A stretch of 64,000 nucleotides of DNA from Balanoglossus misakiensis (taxonomy: Eukaryota > Animalia > Hemichordata), in assembly GCA_040954595.2 (NCBI GenBank), contig CM082585.2:5667808-5731807 (forward strand), written 5' to 3'. The translations under genes were made by a program, and so were the position numbers. Every line of letters begins with the position of its first letter. The stretch's first letter is position 1. The notes beneath the pieces were generated by a model. It was not told where the DNA came from. It saw only the letters and a list, made by a program, of their open reading frames with translations, and made no database searches. Below, in pieces: positions 11,372 to 24,180 of this stretch.

Positions 11372-12471
11372 GGGAGTTCTGAGCGAGAAAGATGTTTTTG
11401 TTTATTTCTGCATAATTTAGTTTGGTTACAATATTTCCATGTTTCAAGGAACGTTTTTTTTGCTCTTTTTATTATTTTTCGTCCGACTGACCCACCTTGC
11501 CAAGTTTTTAAGATAAGACTTCCATTTTTTTCGGATATCTCATATAGGGGTTTGACATGTCCGCTAGATCTGGATATTTAGATGTTCATGTATTATACTT
11601 TACAGTAACTAGGTCATGCATAGCGCTGTGACCAGGCAACCCTCAAGGCAACCCTGCAGTGACATGATAACATTCCTGCTGAGATGGCCTTCTGTGGTAA
11701 ATTTGTCATTTCAAGAGACCCCCCTATGATCAAATATTGACGAAGATGCACCGCTGCCATGATGGGTAAACCGATACGGCGTTGTCGTTTATATCAGAAG
11801 GGTACCTGTCTAGGCCTACGGAAATATCATTAGCCGTGTCTGTCAAGTCGTTTCAATGGTGGTTTCATGAAAATCAATAAAATGGTTGGCCCGCTTAAAA
11901 TAAACTAATCAACAAATAGTTGAGATTTGCTATTTGATATTACCACACAGACATATAAATTTGAAGATGACTGGCATTTATTAATCTCATTGAAACGTCT
12001 AACACTTGCTATATTGCAGTTGACGTGTTAATGCTGGCGGAAGTGACGCCATTTTGTGTCCATACTTTTACTAATTACGCGCCGTGTTCTATGTATTGAT
12101 TTTACATGCGATGGATCCATGTCACTATATAATTATGAAAATAATAAACAACATTGTACAAAAAATAAATGGAGTACTACTACATGTACATCACTATTCA
12201 TCTAACCGCGAAAGATTTCTCCGATCGACCACATCGACCATGATGTACCTGTGGTAGCGCTATGATCTCACTGACAACCTACACATTTCCCTCGCTGGGG
12301 TCATGGCGCATGCTCTTTCTCTCTGTCAAACTAGTACTACACGAACATTGCAAGAGCACAGATACTATTCCTACAATTGCACATATTAAAAAAATCTTCT
12401 ACGTCCTTTTTTTATTCTGCAATTTGAATTTGAGTAGTCCATAGATGATGTTATTCTGGAATTTGGTTCTT

Positions 12472-13227
12472 CTAGTCCTCGTCGCTGTCGTCAGGGATGT
12501 TTCTCATGCCTGCACAGTCCAATTTCCTTTCTTTTACACTTTCTACTCCTATCCAACTGGAATTAAAAAAGAAAAACAGAATTTACTAATTTAATGACTA
12601 TACATATATGAAAATATAATGTACTTCTTGGTTCTTTGACTATCATCAGATTGGTTACTTTAGAAATAGTATCATGGCATTCACAGTTTTAAATATTTGT
12701 AATGAGCATGCGCATATACATCAAAATTTTACCGCGCTTGCGCATTAAGCTAACATGCGCAAGAAAACACAAACACGTCAAGCCACGCATGCATTTGCGA
12801 CAACTTTCTCACAACCAGTACGTACTCGTTGCACGGGAACCAAAACATGGGACCGCCACTTGGGGTTTTGACAACCACGTGTTCTACAAGCCAGTCGTCA
12901 CCTGCAGAAGAAAAACACACAACAGAAACTCTTTTCATCTACGTTCATGGTCTGAAATCGTAAGTAACAATGGAATGGTCGTATACTGTTATCCTGTTTC
13001 GAATAAAAAACAGTTACGTTATAGTAGATACAAAAATCGTGGCACAAATACTGGGCTGCAAAATGTTGAATTTCACCAACTTTTTTTCTTCCCGTCATGC
13101 CCTATGATGACATGTGATAGTTTCCCGAGATTAACAGCGACAAGAGAAAATGGATCACTCTGTTGAAGAAAGAACACATAATTATTGAATTAGTGGTTGT
13201 GTCAGCAATTTGATCTTTTGTAAATAC

Positions 13228-13322
<95 letters not shown>

Positions 13323-16300
13323 CATACATACATACATACATACATACATACATACAGTGACATATAGGCAGTGGCATAGGTGTTCAATATTTTATGACAT
13401 GACGTCATACCTTTCCCTTTCTAAATTTATCAAGTCGTCGTCCAAGGTACACATTTCCGGTCAGATATCTTTTTCCGGTGTCGCCCCGTTCACCAAAAAC
13501 CCTGATCCAGACATTGGCATCGGTACCAGCATTTCTTTCCTTGCCAGTTTTTGTCACAACTTCGTATTTGATGTCTGGGAGTGGACAGAAATTCAATTCA
13601 TAGAATGTTCATATATGTTGGCATGACATTATCGTGCAGAAAATATCAAAAACTAAAGCTACAAGCTAATCTACCCATAGTCCCCTTTGGTACCTACTTG
13701 ATAGTCCTGATTCGATTGAGGGCGCTTCTTGGACGATGACTTTGTTCCCTTTCTTGTTTGACAGCCACGCGTTCAACGGGAAGGTGAGTGAAAAGTCCTG
13801 CCTCTCCAAAATCACCTACATCATAAAAGAACAAAATGCATAAAAACAATACTGCGAAATTCCCAAGCGAAAACGTACTTCGCACACTTACCACTGGTTA
13901 CCCGTGACGTCATTAAAACAGTTTTTTCATTCCATTCCATTCCAAGCAAAGTTCAAAGGGTTAATATATTTATTTCGTTTGAATACCAGAACAATGATAC
14001 ACATTATACGATGTTCTGGAGTGAATGAAGTCGGACAGCAATGTCACGACATTTACTTCTGACGCTAAGTAGCATTTCGGTTCGTTTGCACGAATATTAA
14101 TATTTACCGCCCGTACATGTTTCATCCACTACTTAGGGTAGTGGTAGGGTAAATACCCATTGGGGAAAATGTCCCAGGGGGTAGGAGTCCTAGAACTATT
14201 CTATCATGATGTTCCATCGCTATCATTCATCTTAGCTTTTTTTGTTTGAAGCGTCACTCACCTTTTCAACGTACCAATCAGCCTTCTTTCCGCTGTTGTC
14301 GTGGCTTAATCTTATTTTATACGGCTTGCCGATCTCTTTTGGTATTTTCAGCTGAGGAAAGGGAAGTCACAATGTCGAATGTTAGGGTTAAAATCAAGAC
14401 ATCGTCGTAAGCTTAAAAACACAGCCTTTACTGGTGATTTTGTTCATAGAAATGACCCTTTCACTATTTATTTTGCAAGATCTAATAGAAGAGATGGACG
14501 GTTCCGGATGTAATGTAATTTTTTGTCATTTAATTGATAGGCAGAAAATGTTTGTGCAGACGACACGATCATATCTGCATCGCTCTCGTTACTAGACGGT
14601 CCAAGCGAAGTAAACACATCTTGGTTGACAGGGCAGCCATTTTGTACAAATAACCAGTAAAGCTTCAATTTATTCAAAACAGTGCAGTTACATCACGCAT
14701 CGTTTACAACAGTGCTTGTCGGATGCATTTCGGGAACGTCTGCTTTTGACCTATAAAAAGTAACCAAAATTGGGCCAATATCCTGTCAGGTCGTTCTGTC
14801 CAGATATGACGTCAACTGTGCCCTCAACCACCTGTTGCACCTGTTGCAACATGTACGAATGAGTGCCTAATCGATGTTCGTGTCTGCATATGTGAAGGGT
14901 CATGTAAGTGCATGCCAATCGCACTTAGTGTTGAGTATGCGAAGTCTCGCCTCGCCAAGTATCTTCGCAGACTATGGGCAAAAAATGTAGTATGAACAAA
15001 ATGTTGCTTCCCGCCAAAACGGGCCTGTCGTGTGTGGGTTGACACAACATGGCCGTAGAGGACATGCAAATTCGGCAAACACTAAACGAGAAAGAGAAAT
15101 ATGAAGGACCTGCTTAATACTAGGGAGACATTTCGACTTACCCCGAATTCAGACGTGCCACCGGGCTCAAAATAACCGCCGTTGGGATCCCCCAATTTTA
15201 TGCTGCCTGTACTTCCCTTTTCACCGTAGATTGACAGCGTAACTTGCGCGTTTGTACCACAGTCTGGCCCCTGGTTTCCGGTAGTGATCCGGATCTTGGC
15301 CGTCGTGTCGTCGAGCGCTGCACATAAAAAGAAAAACAACCTTGTATTTCAAGTAGCTAAATCCGTCATTTTGGTCAATGTTGTTTGATGTAAAAAAGTT
15401 GCTTTTTTTTTACAGAATACAATATCTTGTTTCCATTTACGTTTAAAAGCGCTTTGTTATTACATGTACATGACTTTTTTTGTATATGTACTCTGCTTTT
15501 AGATCATGCATACTATACCTTAAACATACATGTACTTTAATGATATAATTAATGTAAATACTAGAAAGAATGCCTTCGATTTTAAAGTTTATGCATATAA
15601 CCGTGAAGCTGTTGAGATGAGAGAAAATTCGCGTTCTCCGGTATAAGCAGAACAACACAAGGGGGGGGGGATGCCAGAAGATACTAGTAGATGCGGCAAA
15701 GTTCAGATGTAGGGAACACTGCATATGGGCTTTGTTAATACGTGCCCCGACATGCCACACCAGGTATCTGTTATATTTACACAGATACCACTCAGTTACA
15801 TGGCCTCATCTGAGGTCATCACCTTTGTGAAGTCAAAGATTTGTCACGTCCAAAACGTATAAAAATTTACAAAATATCAAACGGGAGGCCTCCTCTGTTT
15901 CACGTTCTATGTCAATTTATTCACAAATGAGGCAAAAATAATTCATTGTTAAATCTCAAGTATTTTTTTGGATGAGTTATTCCACCCAAACAGGTTTCTG
16001 GTGATCATGTCTACAACATATATGCGGGCAATCTTCTGTTAATATTTGTCGTAGAGGGCGACCAATATATAACCCAGTCATCAGTTGACATCATATTTAC
16101 AGCTGCAAATCTAAATATAGATAATTTGAACTTTTAAATAAATAAAATACAAGGCATCTGCCTTCCTAAAAATATATCCCTGACCTTGTTTGTTAACAGA
16201 ATCACAAGCTTGTGTACGGAACAAATTTCTTGAGAGCTACGAAAACCATTAATGATGATGTAAAATTATAAGCGCGTTGCCAATGCTCAAAATATTCATC

Positions 16301-16881
16301 CGCATAACTTTGCCAGGAATGTTTAAACACCTAATCCCTGTTTTGTCCAGACACGACAATAATTTGTTCCTCCCTTGCCTTGAGCTCATCATATCAGATT
16401 GATGAATTTGTTGAATCTTCGTTGATTATTAATTGATAAGTTCGGTCAGTTGTTGGAGACAGACAGTGCCACCCAACACAGCAAACAAAAGAACATCTGG
16501 TTTAGGCATCCATTGGTGTTCAATTTTTAAACTTCTGGTTAGCTTTTCAGAGCGTATTAATCGCCACAGTGCGCAGCCGTCATGCTGAGACTCGTGTCTT
16601 AACATTTGGATCCGTAGCCAGAGAATTGTGGAATTTGAACTGTATATTTCACCAAAATGAAAAATGATTTCAAAGTGATGAACTGGTCGATTGAAATGTC
16701 TGGCAGGTTCGGAGGGAGGGGGAGGGTACTCACGCATTTGTTGGGGAGGCATTTGCCCCTGGGACGCCATCATCATGTAGCTCATCTGAGGATTGATCTG
16801 GCCGGGTTGGAACCCCGGGGGCATCTGCCCTCCCGGGTAAGGGGGGTACCCTCCGCCGGCAGCTCCTCCTGGGTACGACAT
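12472..16881 (-). CDS. PLAT/LH2 domain protein A (2 PLAT domains, P/G/Y/Q/M-rich N-terminus, acidic tail), 8 exons, ~311 aa
   Basis: Exons 16881-16734, 15317-15142, 14351-14262, 13815-13698, 13574-13411, 13159-13081, 12901-12826, 12556-12472; all GT-AG and phase-consistent (936 nt). PLAT motifs: [73 protein letters not shown]1-like repeats. Confidence 0.88.
13224..13356. repeat. (TAGA)n/(TACA)n microsatellite, intronic
   Basis: Compound tetranucleotide run. Confidence 0.97.
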
Positions 16882-18021
16882 CTTGGAAGTATCACACAAA
16901 CAAAAAACCCAGCAAAAATCACCGCTTGTAGTGAAGTTCACAATCGGTCCCGGATGTTTTAGACTTGATGACTGGAATCAGTGGTTGCCAGCCGCGATGA
17001 CTCGATATTCTCGCGTGATCTCGTCTTGTATCGGCGGTCACACTCATACCTGTGACATTTCAATTAGATGCAAATTTATTTTGCTATACGTGTCATATGA
17101 ACAAAAACAGATTCATCATCTAAAAATGACAAAAATTCATGTGTTTTGTGTGTGCCCGTTCTTCTATAGAAACGTATTAAAAGCATATATCATTAAAATC
17201 AAAAGATTACAATGTAAGTACTTTTAATTTAAATTTAGAAGTCTTGTTAGCCAAATCAGGCAAACAAAAGGCTAGGTTACAGAAGACTCTTGTTTGGGAT
17301 TTGCAAAAAATATGGATATATTGCATTGTTAGGAAATATGCAGTCAGCGTCAGCTTTTAACATCAACCGGTGAGCCGCTAACCGTATGTAAGTTTCACCT
17401 TGGACAGCATCAGTCTAATCTAAAAGTAGGCATCACCAAGTAAGTAATTTCAATCGACTTTGATGGAAGATATGTTCGTTTTAATTCACGAGTACACACA
17501 TTTTCCAATCAGAGTAACACGGGAGTAATCCACCAGGTTGACCGCATATAGCTCTCGAATTGAAAACAGCGGTGATGTTGAGCTGTTCCGAATCACTGAG
17601 CTATGGTCACCTAAACTGATGACTAGATTTGGCATCCGATGTCTGGTCGACCTCACAGAGGTCGCGTGAGGTCGTCGGTGCGCGTATCAATGCAAAAATG
17701 GTACCAGTATCTCTGACGCAGATAGACTGCTGATAAGGGTCGAGTTGAAATTTGAGCATGTGTAGTAGATGTACCATCGAACTGGAACAATTAAAAGCAG
17801 TTTTAGCATCCGTGACGTTAATATATTAATATAATAGTTCCCATCATGATCAAAGTAGAGCCTGAGTCGACCTTTGTTCCAATTTAAGCCATAAAATGCT
17901 TTAATTCAAGCTGGTCAAAGTTGGAATTGCCAAGTGCGTCCGCGTGTGATATACCCAAATACCACGATAGGGTGAAGGTTCATAAGTTTCTTTCTAGTAA
18001 CCGAGCACGGTGAATATTCAT

Positions 18022-18082
18022 CAGTCAGTCAGTCAGTCAGTCAGTCAGTCAGTCAGTCAGTCACTCACTCACTCACTCACTC
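18022..18082. repeat. (AGTC)n/(ACTC)n microsatellite
   Basis: Tetranucleotide run. Confidence 0.93.
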
Positions 18083-18752
18083 GTTCAACCAGTCAGCAAT
18101 TAACTGCAAAATAGCGAAACTCCTTTTTATCATATCACGATACTTTTATTGTCACAATATCTGCATTCTGTCATAAATTTTAAAATCAACACCATCACTG
18201 TACAATTAACTCTCTTTATTTCAGAGAAAACCAAAAACTGCACGCTGCAAGCTGGTGAAAGAAAAAAAAATACACAAACCGAAAATATGATGGAATGTAA
18301 GGTATGAAGCCGTTTGTAGCCATTCTTTATATATCGAAAAATGATTTATACCAATGTTCCACTTTGTTGAGAGGTCCTGTTCGGGTGTCATTGCTTAATG
18401 GTATCATGATACTTCCTGAAAATGAATTTTTCAAGAATGTTCAACTGACCCACTAACCCCCCCCCCCCCCAAATACAACATAACATAACATAACGAAAAT
18501 GTCTAAGTCTGCGATAGGCGTTGGTTGTCAATCATACCGGTGTAAAATAATGCACAATTGTCCGTGTAAAAAATGTGCTGGATTGCAGATCAGGAATTTT
18601 CCAAACGTCCCTCTGTTTAACAAGAGACATAACATTCCACGTTTTAAGAAGTTTCTGAAGGTTGATCCAAAATTTTCACAAAGTTCTGCATGCTGTCAAG
18701 GGTATAAGAGTTTTAGCTGTCCGTGATTGGCCAAAGGCGAGACAAGCACAGT

Positions 18753-21700
18753 TTATGCGTCGTCATCATCATCGTCGACATCGTTATCATCATCATCGCT
18801 GTCGTCGAAAATACCAGTTCTCGTTAGTTCTCGTGCCGTGACTCCGTCGCCCCTGTCCTTGCACAGCCATCTGGATAATATATGACATTAAAATATTAGT
18901 GATGAAATATTAGATAATCATGGAATTTTCATTTTCCATGGCATGGTAGTAGACGTAGACGTTTGAATATAGGGCGATTTTCTATCATTTTGATTGAAAA
19001 TTGTTGGTCTTCATTTAGATTGCGTTTCTATAGAAGACGACACAAAATGGCGGGCAAACGTATGACGATATCGTTATTTAAATCTTCCGTATAAAGGTAT
19101 AGTATGCACCTTCAAAATCAACGTCTTAAACTGTTTCTCATATATTCTAAATATACATTGGATTTTTCTCTCTGATTTTAGACGAAAGATTGGGGTCACC
19201 GTTCAAAATTGTGAACGAAAGAGCCAAATCGTCTCAAATTTGATATTCAAAATGGCCGCAGGTTTACTCACGTGTCTGCCGCGAAGAAATACGACGGCCC
19301 GCCGACTGTCTTCACTATAATATGTTGTAAATACCATCCGTCCTCTGTAAGTTGAAAACAAGTGACAAACAGGAAATCTCTCAGTTATATTCGTTGATCG
19401 TAGAATAAAAAATGTATTGTTTACAATCACCACGACCGAGACTTTGCATGCTGTTCACATTTAGGCAACAGAGACAAATTCGCAAGGAACGGAATATCGT
19501 GTAACAGGTGTCTATCGGTTGACACGTCTGACATTTGTCATTCAAAGTTGTACTAGGTACTTAAAATATTAACGAATAAGCAAACATGGTTTTGAATGTG
19601 CATGGGTTCACCTACTTCTTGTTTCTCCGTCGTGGGTGCACTCAATTTTTGTGATTGGACCGAGATCAACCGCATCCATGAAGAACCTCGCTGTCTAAAA
19701 AGCGAAAGGTGAAAAATATTTCAATTTTAAAAATTATTCGAAATCTTTGTGGCATTGTGCGACTGTAATTACTAAAGGAGAGTGTCCTATCAGACATCTG
19801 CAATTATGAATCGATTCGCTAAACTGGCTCTTACCCTGCCCTTCTTGAACTCGTCTTTCCTGTCGTCGAGGAAATTGTGTTTACCCATAATTCTGAAACC
19901 GGTGTCACTTTTCTCTCCGGTCAGCATAATTTTTACTGTCGCTTTAGTTCCGCTACCTCTCTCTCTTCCGGTCTTTATGTGTATTTCATATCTCTTGACT
20001 GAAAAAAATACAAGATATCCTAGTTTAAATAGACTTAATAATCGTGCAATCATCCAGACTAAAATAGTGGCCGAAATACTCGAATGTATGGGCTCATGGT
20101 AGAAATTTTGCACCGGAAATAAACTATCGGGTGTGCAATCTCGAAAACAAAATGGCTGACAAGCACTTCCGGTTGTAGGTAGATACAGTACTTACCGGGC
20201 AATGGGTCTTCTCCGGGTCTCATGCATGGCAATTCCCTGGCGAATTGTTTATCATCTTCAGTTGGTGACAGAAAACGCTCACATTTGAAGAGCATCATTC
20301 CCGTCATGTTAAACATTGTAATCTGAAAGGAAACAGTGACAGTTTTTATGGATTCAGAGATTCTAAATTCTATCTTTTGGACTTCTCCTTCCTCTTAGAC
20401 TTCAAGGATACACGACAGTTACTGTCCATATGCACATAGAACCGAGAACGAATAAAATATGGTTAAATGAATAGTATTAAAATTGCTTACTTGATTTAAC
20501 TTCCAATTGTTACTTCCCCCACTGTTGTCGTGAGAAACTCTCATTTTATAGATCTTTCCCACATCTTTTGGCAGTTTAACCTGAAATAATGTAAAAAAAA
20601 GAATAATCCAAGGGAAATGAGATCGATTGTATTGGGACAGCAGTGGTGTACCAGTGCATGACAAAATGACATGTTCGAGTTAGTGTAATTTTTATTAAAA
20701 GATTTCCTGTTGACACATTGCAGGTCACGAATGTTGGTGAACACAAAACATAGACAATTTTCTCAGTGAACTCCAGTCTGACGTGATCAGAAGTGCATGG
20801 CGGTCCACTCACAGCAAAATCCGACGTTGTTCCGGCCTGGAAAAAGTTCCCGTCGGGCGACCCCAGCTCGATGTCGCCCGTGTTGCCTTCGTCCCCGTAG
20901 ATGTCGATGAAAACGCGGCAATTCGTACCGCTCTCCCCGGTCGTGACGCTGACCTTCCACAGCAAGCCTTCAGCTTCTACAATAAAATGTGAGTACAATG
21001 TACTTGTCAGTACAAGGGGCTTTGTTTCCTCCATGTCTGTATTATTGACTCTTGATAGTATTGTTGTCATAATAGTGGACAGCATGTGGCGCCTTGTGAA
21101 CCCTGCTTGAGTAATAACCTTTGTAAATTAAAGTTTTACGAAGAATTATTCCTTATTTCTGTTCCTGTGACCTATTTTGTAGGCCAAAGGTGAGTTGACT
21201 GACAGGGTCAGTTGGTGGCAATAGTTGACCAGTCGATTTGATCGAAAATCGACCATCACGAGTTATATATAGTTTCCAATTGCCCTTGGCAAAGACTAAC
21301 ATGACTGTATCAGAAAGAATGCACCTTAACCGCACAGGTGTCGCTGGCCTGTATGTCCCACTGGCTTCGGTGAATAAACAATGGTATTGATATTCTGCAG
21401 TTATGCCAATAATTCATTGGCGATAACCTACAGACATGACAGTCGCAAGTATAATTACATGATGCTTTAGTGTTGCCGGGTCTGTATTTAAAAACATGTG
21501 TGCAAAGTTCAGGAGGCCATTCCGAACGACTCGTTGTATCGAACCATTTTTCACCCGGCAAACTCATCTCGTCCAATATCGTAAATTCGCATGGGAGAGT
21601 TATATTCCATGCGGCGAATGAACACACGCACGACAAGCGGTGAGGTGGTTCATTCACAACGTTACGGCGCGGGACGGTGAGGTGGCGTTATGAGGGGCGA

Positions 21701-21868
21701 CAAGATAACGGACCCGGGACAAAAAAAAAACGCGGCTCGACAACTCCCGTACCCTAAACTAGGCAAAGACGCTATAAACCTTTATCATTATTATCCACAC
21801 TCAAAAGGACCATACTTACGCATGTTCATAAACTGAGCACGCGCAGCAAACAGCAGCGGGGCCGCCAT
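18753..21868 (-). CDS. PLAT/LH2 domain protein B (2 PLAT domains, poly-Asp tail), 8 exons, ~287 aa
   Basis: Exons 21868-21820 (MAAPLLFAARAQFMNM, least certain), 20976-20813, 20580-20491, 20322-20196, 19998-19835, 19694-19616, 19344-19272, 18870-18753; phase-consistent (864 nt). Motifs: GTNCRVFIDIYGDEG, VSHDNSG, YEIHIKTG, DAVDLG, THDG, GWYLQHI, WLCKDRGDG..REL. Confidence 0.85.
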
Positions 21869-23672
21869 CTCGGTATCCGGGTGCCAGAATCTTCACAGGA
21901 CGGCGCGGCGCGGTTATCCCCTGAGCTATATGCAGGGTGGGCATATACAAAATGCGGGGAATGACGGGATGGGGGCCAGGCTTGCACTGCCGAGTACCGA
22001 CCGCTCAGCAGATCTAACACCCGGCTGATACTTTGACCTGGCTTCCGTGCCGCTCCGAGATAAGAGACCCAGACCCGAATTCCTAGTTTTCTAAGGGACT
22101 TACCAATTGGGCCATCTGACAGCCGCTGATGTCACTCAGTGATCTCGTGGATGAGCAGAGCAAATACTAGTTCCCCTCCCACGGCACAAACTATACATAC
22201 ACTATGCACACACACACATATTCACCACGCAAAAATATAAAGTCAATAATATTTATCAACGCCGAATAAATAGAAGCCTAAAAATATTTCAGCTGGGGCG
22301 CTCGAAGTGCCGCTAATGACGGACTCCCGCTGTTGCCATGGTGAACAAGAAGTGATGTATAGTGGAACAAACTACATAATATACATGCATTATTCACTTA
22401 AAATATCAAAGGAACATCCATTTTCAAATATTTAAGCGTACTGGTTCATGTAAGTCACGCTTATCAGGCCAAAGTACAATGATCTCATCGCCACAAACCC
22501 ATTGTCGCGCAAATATTTCAACGACTGTCTGAAAACTATTTAATACCGGTTCCTTTCTGAACTAATTTGTTAAAACGATCACACTACACTAATTGTTTTT
22601 TAAGAATCGCTTCCCGAATTCCATGGCCGGATTATTTTTGAACATCTCCATGTCACATATTTTGTCGTGTCGTCAGTATTCGCCATCTTTAAATGTAATT
22701 TCTTCGTCAACAGCATTTCTACTAATCTCAACATGTGTGCCTATAGTCACGTACGAATCGGATCGAGTACATTGTTTATAGCACATAAATCTGTTCACAG
22801 CCGATCATTTATGAGGTGTGATCAGTTAAATTATGAATATTACATGTACTTTTCTATTTAACCATGTCACACAGGGCATTTATAAATCCATCATCACATA
22901 AATCTGGACTCGCAGAATATCACAGTCGCATTACGTCATCGTTTCAGGTGTCGTTCAGGCGGGCCCTACACTCATAAATACTCACCAGTCCCTAAACTTC
23001 ACTATGGCAACTGTTTAAGCAAATTTTGTTCATTTGAATAATTATTAATGGCCGACAGTTTTGCTTTATATATGTTTTAATTGCATATTGAACGGCATTT
23101 CAAAAACATCGACAGAAATGTGCTGAGATCACTATAAAATATCATCATGAAAAATATTAGATTTTCATCAAAGATAATGATTTTAACTTTAATTTTAACT
23201 TTATTTAATTTTAATTTAATTTACATAATTTCGTTTAATTTACCTGTCAGTGAACGCCTTCATCATCTCAGGTACATGTATAGTGGTATTGGATCTTTCA
23301 CCATTATGTGCATGGGTACCCTCGTCCTCCTGTGGCAAAATGCCGGGCACGAGAAAAATGACACGTCTGGGCGGCGAATCGCCCCATTCAAAATATGTGC
23401 CAAAATCACAGTACGTGTGGATTTGAGTATACACGCCGAGGTAGCTAGGTCAACTGCCGTCACGTGACAGGCAGGTCTGGCACCGACCCATATACATATG
23501 CCAGCCAAAGGTCATGGATGTGTATTTTTCATGTTACTTCCCACGGTCCGTTTGTTTTTTTGCTTCAGCGACTGATAAATCTAAAATTTATGTCATAAAT
23601 AGATTTATTGAGAAGAAGTTCATGAGGAAATCAACAGAGAACAAACGAACAGAAGCGAACGAAGAAAAGTAT

Positions 23673-23752
23673 TAGTATCGGTTGGTTACCCAGACTCCTC
23701 TAGCTGCTTCTTCCGTTGCCCTCCAGAAAGAGGGTCCGGGGAAATACTATAG
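23673..23752. mobile_element. Decayed end of the same foldback family as the element at 60314-60739
   Basis: ggttacccagac..tgcttcttccgttg..ctccagaaagagggtc.ggggaaa matches the first ~75 bp of that element's terminal repeat. Confidence 0.75.
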
Positions 23753-24180
23753 AAAAATATCCGGACAAAGATGGCCGGCATGTAGGCCTAGTGGTGAATA
23801 ACAAAATATTTACACAAAAAAGCTAATTTTGATATATTTCATTTGATTTTATTCAGATTGTTTACTTTATAGATAATCATATTATGCCACGTATAAATGA
23901 AGCTTAGCTAACTACTAGTATTGATAGATACGAGTATTGGTTGTTGGCTTTTCCGGAAAGAACTGTTCGTATAAGCGAATCAGCGAGGGTGCATTATCTA
24001 TGAACTAGTACTTAATACAGACGCCGTTTTACTAAGACAGTTTGCTGTTTTGAGAGACTGATATGTCAAGGGGCGCTTTTCACATTATTTGAACGGATTT
24101 ATTGAAGAATTAACGACTGTTGTTGAGATACTACTCCTGTTGCTATGCCCAGCAAGCCGCCATCTTGTCGACGTCACTTG

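Noticed and set aside
11755-11810. Second SECIS candidate (atgatgggtaaacc...atcaga)
   Set aside because: AAA spacing is wrong, the TGA pairs Watson-Crick instead of forming the GA quartet, and it lies beyond the polyA signal.
21812-22080. U1 snRNA suggested by ATACTTAC
   Set aside because: The following sequence does not match U1. It is the reverse complement of a splice donor (GTAAGTAT) of PLAT gene B.
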